Part shown: positions 52,301-62,700 of the stretch, piece after piece
Numbering within the stretch: the stretch's first letter is position 1
Layout: every line of letters starts with the position of its first letter
Assembly: GCF_009914755.1 (NCBI RefSeq)
Contig: NC_060929.1
Length of the DNA stretch: 64,000 bases
From: the human T2T-CHM13v2.0 reference genome, Homo sapiens
Direction: 5' to 3' (one strand)
Made by a program: the position numbers and the translations under genes
Notes under the pieces: model-generated
The model's input: only the letters and a program-made list of their open reading frames with translations
Told to the model about the DNA's origin: nothing
Database searches by the model: none

Positions 52301-53545
52301 TGTATAATTTGCAAATGGAGATTTCAAGCGCTTTGAGGCCAAAGGCAGAAAAGGAAATATCTTCTTATAAAAACTAGACAGAATCATTCTCAGAAACTGC
52401 TCTGCGATGTGTGCGTTCAACTCTCAGAGTTTAACTTTTCTTTTCATTCAGCAGTTTGGAAACACTCTGTTTGTAAAGTCTGCACGTGGATAATTTGACC
52501 ACTTAGAGGCCTTCGTTGGAAACGGGTTTTTTTCATGTAAGGCTAGACAGAAGAATTCTCAGTAACTTCCTTGTGTTGTGTGTATTCAACTCACAGAGTT
52601 GAACGATCCTTTACACAGAGCAGACTTGTAACACTCTTTTTGTGGAATTTGCAAGTGGAGATTTCAGCCGCTTTGAAGTCAAAGGTAGAAAAGGAAATAT
52701 CTTCCTATAAAAACTAGACAGAATGATTCTCAGAAACTCCTTTGTGATGTGTGCGTTCAACTCACAGAGTTTAACCTTTCTTTTCATAGAGCAGTTAGGA
52801 AACACTCTGTTTGTAAATCTGCAAGTGGATATTCAGACCTCTTTGAGGCCTTCGTTGGAAACGGGTTTTTTTCATATAAGGCTAGACAGAAGAATTCCCA
52901 GTAACTTCCTTGTGTTGTGTGTGTTCAACTCACAGAGTTGAACTTTCATTTACACAGAGCAGATTTGAAACACTCTTTTTGTGGAATTTGCAAGTGGAGA
53001 TTTCAAGCGCTTTGAGGCTAAAGGCAGAAAAGGAAATATCTTCGTATAAAAACTAGGCAGAATCATTCTCAGAAACTGCTCTGCGATGTGTGCGTTCAAC
53101 TCTCAGAGTTTAACTTTTCTTTTCATTCAGCAGTTTGGAAACACACTGTTTGTAAAGTCTGCACGTGGATATTTTGACCACTTAGAGGCCTTCGTTGGAA
53201 ACGGGTTTTTTTCCTGTAAGGCTAGACAGAAGAATTCCCAGTAACTTCCTTGTGTTGTGTACATTCAACTCACAGAGTTGAACGTTCCCTTAGACAGAGC
53301 AGATTTGAAAAACTCTTTTTGTGCAATTGGCAAGTGGAGATTTCAAGCGCTTTAAGGTCAATGGCAGAAAAGGAAATATCTTCGTTTCAAAACTAGACAG
53401 AATCATTCCCACAAACTGCGTTGTGATGTGTTCGTTCAACTCACAGAGTTTAACCTTTCTTTTCATAGAGCAGTTAGGAACCAGTCTGTTTGTAAATTCT
53501 GTAAGTGGATATTCTGACATCTTGTGACCTTCGTTGGAAACGGGA
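43339..53545 (+). promoter_or_regulatory. Dense CENP-B box cluster (24 intact of 31 positions, every ~340 bp)
   Basis: Manual count of CTTCGTTGGAAACGGG. Broken boxes are at 44016, 45037, 46057, 46396, 47754, 50133 and 50813. Confidence 0.85.
47458..49495 (+). repeat. 12-mer (2038 bp) unit of the embedded family; second copy at 51195-53231
   Basis: The same ordered series of six distinguishable dimers lies between successive GAATTCCCAGTAACTTCCTTGTGTTGTGTACATTC markers. Confidence 0.8.
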
Positions 53546-53701
53546 TTTCTTCATATTCTGCTAGACAGAAGAATTCTCAGAATCTTCCTTGTGTTGTGTG
53601 TATTCAACTCACAGAGTTGAACGATGGTTTACACAGAGCAGATTTGAAACACTCTTTTTGTGGAATTTGCAAGTGGAGATTTCAGCCGCTTTGAGGTCAA
53701 T

Positions 53702-56700
53702 GGTAGAAAAGGAAATATCTTCGAATAAAAAGTAGACAGAATCATTCCCAGAAACTGCGTTTTGATGTGTGCGTTCACCTAACAGAGTTTAACCTTCCTT
53801 TTCATAGAGCAGTTGGGAAACGCTATGTTTGTAAAGTCTGCAAGTGGATATTGGGAACTCTTTGAGGCCTTCATTGGGAATGGGGTTTCTTCATATAATG
53901 CTAGACAGAAGATTTCCCAGTAACTTCTTCCTGTTGTGTGTATTCAACTGACAACAGATGAACCTTCCTTTAGAGAGAGCATATTTGAAACACTCTTTTT
54001 GTGGAAGTTGCAAGTGGAGATTTCAGCCGCTTTAACGTCAATGGTAGAAAAGGAAATATCTTCGCATAAAAACAAGACAGAATCATTTTCAGAAACTGCT
54101 TTGTGATGTGTGCATTCAACTCACAGAGTTTAACCTTTGTTTTCATAGAGCCGTTTGGAAACACACAGTTTGTCAAATCTGTAAGTCGATATTCGGACCT
54201 ATTTGAGGCCTTCGTTGGAAACGGGATTTCTTCATATAATGCTAGAAAGAAGAATTCTCAGTAACTTCCTTGTGTTCTGTGTAATCAACTCACAGAATAG
54301 AACGTTCCTTTAGATAGAGCAGATTTGAAACACTCTTTTTGTGGAAGTTGCACGTGGAGATTTCAAGCGCTTTGTGGCCAGTGGTAGAAAATGAAATATC
54401 TTCGTATAAAAAGTACACAGAATCATTCTCAGAAACTACTTTCTGATGTGTGCGTTCAACTCTCGGAGTTTAAACTTTCTTTTCATAGAGCAGTTTGGAA
54501 ACAGTGTGTTTGTAAAGTCTGCAAGTGGATATTCGGACCTCTTTGGCGCCTTATTTTGAAACGGGGTTTCTCCATATAATGCTAGACAGAAGAATTCTCA
54601 GTAACTTGTTTGTGTTGTGTGTGTTCAACTCACAGAGTTGAACCTTCCTTTAGACAGAGCAGATTTGAAACACTCTTTTTGTGGAATTTGCAAGTGGAGA
54701 TTTCAAGCGCTTTGAGGCCAAAGGCAGAAAAGGAAATATCTTCGTATAAAAACTAGATAGATCATTCTCAGAAACTGCTTTGTGATGTGTGCGTTCAACT
54801 CACAGAGTTTCACTTATCTTTTCGTACAGCAGTTTGGAGACACTCTGTTTGTAATGTCTGCAAGTGGATATTTTGACCTCTTTGAGGTCTTCGTTGGAAA
54901 CGGGTTTTATTCATGTAAGGCTAGACAGAAGAATTCTCAGTAACTTCTTTGTATTGTGTGTATTCCACTGACAGAGTTGACCCTTCCTTTAGACAGAGCA
55001 CATTTGAACCACTCTTTTTGTGGAATTTGCAAGTGGAGATTTCAGACGCATTGAGGTCAATGGTAGAAAAGGAAATATCTTCGTATAAAAACTAGACAGA
55101 ATGATTCTCAGAACCTGCTTCGTCATGTGTGTGTTCAGTTCAAAGAGTTTTACCTTTCTTTTCATAGAGCAGTTAGGAAACACTCTGTTTGAAAAGTCTG
55201 AAAGTGGATATTCCGATCTCTTTGAGGCCTTCGTTGGAAAAGGGATTTCTTCATATAATGCTAGACAGAGGAATTCTCAGTAACTTCTCTGTGTTGTGTG
55301 TATTCAAATCACAGAGTTGAACGTTCCTTTAGACAGAGCAGACTTGAAACACTCTTTTTGTGGAATTTGCAATAGGAAATTTCAAGCGCTTTGAGGCCAA
55401 AGGCAGAAGAGGAAATATCTTCGTATAAAAACAAGTCAGAATCATTCTCAGAAACTGCTTAATCATGTGTGCGTTCGACTCACGGAGTTTAACCTACCTT
55501 TTCATACAGCAGTTTGGAAACACTCTGTTTGTAAAGTCTGCACGTGGATATTTGGACATCTTTGAGGCCTTCGTTGGAAACGGGTTTTATTCATGTAAGG
55601 CTAGACAGAAGATTTCTCAGTAACTTCTTTGTGTTGTGTGTATTCAACTGACAGAGTTGACCCTTCTTTTAGGTAGAGCAGATTTGAGACACTCTTTTTG
55701 TGGAATTTGCAAGTGGAGATTTCAGACGCTTTGAGGTCAATGGTAGAAAAGGACATTTCTTCGTATAAAAACTTGACAGAATGATTCTCAGAAACTGCTT
55801 TGTGATGTATGCGTTCAATTCAAAGAGTTCTACCTTTCTTTTCATAGAGCACTTAGGAAACACTCTGTTTGTAAAGACTGCAAGTGGATATTCGGACCTC
55901 TATGAGGCCTTCTTTGGAAAAGGGATTTCTTCATATAATGCTAGACAGAGGAATTCTTCGTAACTTCTTTGTATTGTGTGTATTCAACTCACAGAGTTGA
56001 ACCTTCTTTTAGATAGAGCAGATTTGAAACACACTTTCTGTGGAATTTCCAATTGGAGATTTCAAGCGCTTCGGGGCCAATGGTAGAAAAGGAAAAATCT
56101 TCACAAATAAACTAGACAAAATCATTCCCAGAAACTGTGTAGTGATGTGTATGTTTAACTCACAGAGTTTATCCTTTCTTTTCATAGAGCAGTTGGGAAA
56201 CACTCTGTTTGAAAAGTCTGCATGTGGATATTTGGACCGCCATGAGGCGTTCTTTGGAAATGGTATTTCTTCATTTAAGGCTACACAGAAGAAGTCTCAG
56301 TAACTTCCTTGTGTTGTGTGTATTCAGCTCACAGAGTTGAACCTTCTTTTAGATAGAGCAGATTTGAAAGACACTTTTTGGGGAATTTGCAAGTGGGGAT
56401 TTCAAGCGCTTTGAGGCCAACGGTAGAAAAGGAAATATCTTCGAATAAAAAGTAGACAGAATCATTCCCAGAAACTGCGTTTTGATGTGTGCGTTCACGT
56501 AACAGAGTTTAACCTTCCTTTTCATAGAGCAGTTGGGAAACGCTATGTTTGTAAAGTCTGCAAGTGGATATTGGGAACTCTTTGAGGCCTTCATTGGGAA
56601 TGGGGTTTCTTCATATAATGCTAGACAGAAGATTTCCCAGTAACTTCTTCCTGTTGTGTGTATTCAACTGACAACAGATGAACCTTCCTTTAGAGAGAGC

Positions 56701-59700
56701 AGATTTGAAACACTCTTTTTGTGGAAGTTGCAAGTGGAGATTTCAGCCGCTTTAACGTCAATGGTAGAAAAGGAAATATCTTCGCATAAAAACAAGACAG
56801 AATCATTTTCAGAAACTGCTTTGTGATGTGTGCATTCAACTCACAGAGTTTAACCTTTGTTTTCATAGAGCCGTTTGGAAACACACAGTTTGTCAAATCT
56901 GTAAGTCGATATTCGGAACTATTTGAGGCCTTCGTTGGAAACGGGATTTCTTCATATAATGCTAGAAAGAAGAATTCTCAGTAACTTCCTTGTGTTGTGT
57001 GTAATCAACTCACAGAATAGAACGTTCCTTTAGATAGAGCAGATTTGAAACACTCTTTTTGTGGAAGTTGCACGTGGAGATTTCAAGCGCTTTGTGGCCA
57101 GTGGTAGAAAATGAAATATCTTCGTATAAAAAGTACACAGAATCATTCTCAGAAACTACTTTCTGATGTGTGCGTTCAACTCTCGGAGTTTAAACTTTCT
57201 TTTCATAGAGCAGTTTGGAAACAGTGTGTTTGTAAAGTCTGCAAGTGGATATTCGGACCTCTTTGGCGCCTTAATTTGAAACGGGGTTTCTCCATATAAT
57301 GCTAGACAGAAGAATTCTCAGTAACTTGTTTGTGTTGTGTGTGTTCAACTCACAGAGTTGAACCTTCCTTTAGACAGAGCAGATTTGAAACACTCTTTTT
57401 GTGGAATTTGCAAGTGGAGATTTCAAGCGCTTTGAGGCCAAAGGCAGAAAAGGAAATATCTTCGTATAAAAACTAGATAGATCATTCTCAGAAACTGCTT
57501 TGTGATGTGTGCGTTCAACTCACAGAGTTTCACTTATCTTTTCGTACAGCAGCTTGGAAACACTCTGTTTGTAATGTCTGCAAGTGGATATTTTGACCTC
57601 TTTTAGGTCTTCGTTGGAAACGGGTTTTATTCATGTAAGGCTAGACAGAAGAATTCTCAGTAACTTCTTTGTATTGTGTGTATTCCACTGACAGAGTTGA
57701 CCCTTCCTTTAGACAGAGCACATTTGAACCACTCTTTTTGTGGAATTTGCAAGTGGAGATTTCAGACGCATTGAGGTCAATGGTAGAAAAGGAAATATCT
57801 TCGTATAAAAACTAGACAGAATGATTCTCAGAACCTGCTTCGTGATGTGTGTGTTCAGTTCAAAGAGTTTTACCTTTCTTTTCATAGAGCAGTTAGGAAA
57901 CACTCTGTTTGAACAGTCTGAAAGTGGATATTCCGATCTCTTTGAGGCCTTTGTTGGAAAAGGGATTTCTTCATATAATGCTAGACAGAGGAATTCTCAG
58001 TAACTTCTCTGTGTTGTGTGTATTCAAATCACAGAGTTGAACGTTCCTTTAGACAGAGCAGACTTGAAACACTCTTTTTGTGGAATTTGCAATAGGAAAT
58101 TTCAAGCACTTTGAGGCCAAAGGCAGAAGAGGAAATATCTTCGTATAAAAGCAAGTCAGAATCATTCTCAGAAACTGCTTAATCATGTGTGCGTTCGACT
58201 CACGGAGTTTAACCTACCTTTTCATACAGCAGTTTGGAAACACTCTGTTTGTAAAGTCTGCACGTGGATATTTGGACATCTTTGAGGCCTTCGTTGGAAA
58301 CGGGTTTTATTCATGTAAGGCTAGACAGAAGATTTCTCAGTAACTTCTTTGTGTTGTGTGTATTCAACTGACAGAGTTGACCCTTCTTTTAGGTAGAGCA
58401 GATTTGAGACACTCTTTTTGTGGAATTTGCAAGTGGAGATTTCAGACGCTTTGAGGTCAATGGTAGAAAAGGACATTTCTTCGTATAAAAACTTGACAGA
58501 ATGATTCTCAGAAACTGCTTTGTGATGTATGCGTTCAATTCAAAGAGTTCTACCTTTCTTTTCATAGAGCACTTAGGAAACACTCTGTTTGTAAAGACTG
58601 CAAGTGGATATTCGGACCTCTATGAGGCCTTCTTTGGAAAAGGGATTTCTTCATATAATGCTAGACAGAGGAATTCTTCGTAACTTCTTTGTATTGTGTG
58701 TATTCAACTCACAGAGTTGAACCTTCTTTTAGATAGAGCAGATTTGAAACACACTTTCTGTGGAATTTCCAATTGGAGATTTCAAGCGCTTCGGGGCCAA
58801 TGGTAGAAAAGGAAAAATCTTCACAAAAAAACTAGACAAAATCATTCCCAGAAACTGTGTAGTGATGTGTATGTTTAACTCACAGAGTTTATCCTTTCTT
58901 TTCATAGAGCAGTTGGGAAACACTCTGTTTGAAAAGTCTGCATGTGGATATTTGGACCGCCATGAGGCGTTCTTTGGAAATGGTATTTCTTCATTTAAGG
59001 CTACACAGAAGAATTCTCAGTAACTTCCTTGTGTTGTGTGTATTCAGCTCACAGAGTTGAACCTTCTTTTAGATAGAGCAGATTTGAAAGACACTTTTTG
59101 GGGAATTTGCAAGTGGGGATTTCAAGCGCTTTGAGGCCAACGGTAGAAAAGGAAATATCTTCGAATAAAAAGTAGACAGAATCATTCCCAGAAACTGCGT
59201 TTTGATGTGTGCGTTCACCTAACAGAGTTTAACCTTCCTTTTCATAGAGCAGTTGGGAAACGCTATGTTTGTAAAGTCTGCAAGTGGATATTGGGAACTC
59301 TTTGAGGCCTTCATTGGGAATGGGGTTTCTTCATATAATGCTAGACAGAAGATTTCCCAGTAACTTCTTCCTGTTGTGTGTATTCAACTGACAACAGATG
59401 AACCTTCCTTTAGAGAGAGCATATTTGAAACACTCTTTTTGTGGAAGTTGCAAGTGGAGATTTCAGCCGCTTTAACGTCAATGGTAGAAAAGGAAATATC
59501 TTCGCATAAAAACAAGACAGAATCATTTTCAGAAACTGCTTTGTGATGTGTGCATTCAACTCACAGAGTTTAACCTTTGTTTTCATAGAGCCGTTTGGAA
59601 ACACACAGTTTGTCAAATCTGTAAGTCGATATTCGGACCTATTTGAGGCCTTCGTTGGAAACGGGATTTCTTCATATAATGCTAGAAAGAAGAATTCTCA

Positions 59701-62700
59701 GTAACTTCCTTGTGTTCTGTGTAATCAACTCACAGAATAGAACGTTCCTTTAGATAGAGCAGATTTGAAACACTCTTTTTGTGGAAGTTGCACGTGGAGA
59801 TTTCAAGCGCTTTGTGGCCAGTGGTAGAAAATGAAATATCTTCGTATAAAAAGTACACAGAATCATTCTCAGAAACTACTTTCTGATGTGTGCGTTCAAC
59901 TCTCGGAGTTTAAACTTTCTTTTCATAGAGCAGTTTGGAAACAGTGTGTTTGTAAAGTCTGCAAGTGGATATTCGGACCTCTTTGGCGCCTTATTTTGAA
60001 ACGGGGTTTCTCCATATAATGCTAGACAGAAGAATTCTCAGTAACTTGTTTGTGTTGTGTGTGTTCAACTCACAGAGTTCAACCTTCCTTTAGACAGAGC
60101 AGATTTGAAACACTCTTTTTGTGGAATTTGCAAGTGGAGATTTCAAGCGCTTTGAGGCCAAAGGCAGAAAAGGAAATATCTTCGTATAAAAACTAGATAG
60201 ATCATTCTCAGAAACTGCTTTGTGATGTGTGCGTTCAACTCACAGAGTTTCACTTATCTTTTCGTACAGCAGTTTGGAGACACTCTGTTTGTAATGTCTG
60301 CAAGTGGATATTTTGACCTCTTTGAGGTCTTCGTTGGAAACGGGTTTTATTCATGTAAGGCTAGACAGAAGAATTCTCAGTAACTTCTTTGTATTGTGTG
60401 TATTCCACTGACAGAGTTGACCCTTCCTTTAGACAGAGCACATTTGAACCACTCTTTTTGTGGAATTTGCAAGTGGAGATTTCAGACGCATTGAGGTCAA
60501 TGGTAGAAAAGGAAATATCTTCGTATAAAAACTAGACAGAATGATTCTCAGAACCTGCTTCGTCATGTGTGTGTTCAGTTCAAAGAGTTTTACCTTTCTT
60601 TTCATAGAGCAGTTAGGAAACACTCTGTTTGAAAAGTCTGAAAGTGGATATTCCGATCTCTTTGAGGCCTTCGTTGGAAAAGGGATTTCTTCATATAATG
60701 CTAGACAGAGGAATTCTCAGTAACTTCTCTGTGTTGTGTGTATTCAAATCACAGAGTTGAACGTTCCTTTAGACAGAGCAGACTTGAAACACTCTTTTTG
60801 TGGAATTTGCAATAGGAAATTTCAAGCGCTTTGAGGCCAAAGGCAGAAGAGGAAATATCTTCGTATAAAAACAAGTCAGAATCATTCTCAGAAACTGCTT
60901 AATCATGTGTGCGTTCGACTCACGGAGTTTAACCTACCTTTTCATACAGCAGTTTGGAAACACTCTGTTTGTAAAGTCTGCACGTGGATATTTGGACATC
61001 TTTGAGGCCTTCGTTGGAAACGGGTTTTATTCATGTAAGGCTAGACAGAAGATTTCTCAGTAACTTCTTTGTGTTGTGTGTATTCAACTGACAGAGTTGA
61101 CCCTTCTTTTAGGTAGAGCAGATTTGAGACACTCTTTTTGTGGAATTTGCAAGTGGAGATTTCAGACGCTTTGAGGTCAATGGTAGAAAAGGACATTTCT
61201 TCGTATAAAAACTTGACAGAATGATTCTCAGAAACTGCTTTGTGATGTATGCGTTCAATTCAAAGAGTTCTACCTTTCTTTTCATAGAGCACTTAGGAAA
61301 CACTCTGTTTGTAAAGACTGCAAGTGGATATTCGGACCTCTATGAGGCCTTCTTTGGAAAAGGGATTTCTTCATATAATGCTAGACAGAGGAATTCTTCG
61401 TAACTTCTTTGTATTGTGTGTATTCAACTCACAGAGTTGAACCTTCTTTTAGATAGAGCAGATTTGAAACACACTTTCTGTGGAATTTCCAATTGGAGAT
61501 TTCAAGCGCTTCGGGGCCAATGGTAGAAAAGGAAAAATCTTCACAAATAAACTAGACAAAATCATTCCCAGAAACTGTGTAGTGATGTGTATGTTTAACT
61601 CACAGAGTTTATCCTTTCTTTTCATAGAGCAGTTGGGAAACACTCTGTTTGAAAAGTCTGCATGTGGATATTTGGACCGCCATGAGGCGTTCTTTGGAAA
61701 TGGTATTTCTTCATTTAAGGCTACACAGAAGAAGTCTCAGTAACTTCCTTGTGTTGTGTGTATTCAGCTCACAGAGTTGAACCTTCTTTTAGATAGAGCA
61801 GATTTGAAAGACACTTTTTGGGGAATTTGCAAGTGGGGATTTCAAGCGCTTTGAGGCCAACGGTAGAAAAGGAAATATCTTCGAATAAAAAGTAGACAGA
61901 ATCATTCCCAGAAACTGCGTTTTGATGTGTGCGTTCACGTAACAGAGTTTAACCTTCCTTTTCATAGAGCAGTTGGGAAACGCTATGTTTGTAAAGTCTG
62001 CAAGTGGATATTGGGAACTCTTTGAGGCCTTCATTGGGAATGGGGTTTCTTCATATAATGCTAGACAGAAGATTTCCCAGTAACTTCTTCCTGTTGTGTG
62101 TATTCAACTGACAACAGATGAACCTTCCTTTAGAGAGAGCAGATTTGAAACACTCTTTTTGTGGAAGTTGCAAGTGGAGATTTCAGCCGCTTTAACGTCA
62201 ATGGTAGAAAAGGAAATATCTTCGCATAAAAACAAGACAGAATCATTTTCAGAAACTGCTTTGTGATGTGTGCATTCAACTCACAGAGTTTAACCTTTGT
62301 TTTCATAGAGCCGTTTGGAAACACACAGTTTGTCAAATCTGTAAGTCGATATTCGGAACTATTTGAGGCCTTCGTTGGAAACGGGATTTCTTCATATAAT
62401 GCTAGAAAGAAGAATTCTCAGTAACTTCCTTGTGTTGTGTGTAATCAACTCACAGAATAGAACGTTCCTTTAGATAGAGCAGATTTGAAACACTCTTTTT
62501 GTGGAAGTTGCACGTGGAGATTTCAAGCGCTTTGTGGCCAGTGGTAGAAAATGAAATATCTTCGTATAAAAAGTACACAGAATCATTCTCAGAAACTACT
62601 TTCTGATGTGTGCGTTCAACTCTCGGAGTTTAAACTTTCTTTTCATAGAGCAGTTTGGAAACAGTGTGTTTGTAAAGTCTGCAAGTGGATATTCGGACCT

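Larger units (their letters stand above)
43207..53701 (+). repeat. Embedded block of a different SF1 alpha satellite family, D1Z7/D5Z2/D19Z3 (S1C1/5/19H1L)-like, 62 monomers
   Basis: The 2720 bp period and all 16-mer diagnostics vanish. New diagnostics appear: GAACGATCCTTTACAC, CTGCTCTGCGATG, GACCACTTAGAGG, GTGCAATTGGC, CGTTTCAAAAC, CCCACAAACTGCGTTG, GAAGTCAAAGG. The change of family is certain from the sequence; the family name is from recognition only. Confidence 0.88.

Noticed and set aside
43207-53701. Island as an inversion or as a merely degenerate stretch of the 16-mer
   Set aside because: CENP-B boxes stay on the + strand. The island has its own recurrent diagnostic motifs and more intact boxes than the host.
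43103-53723. Island as a transposon or retroelement insertion
   Set aside because: It is entirely alphoid, with no TSD, terminal repeats, poly(A) or coding capacity. Host sequence is replaced rather than duplicated.
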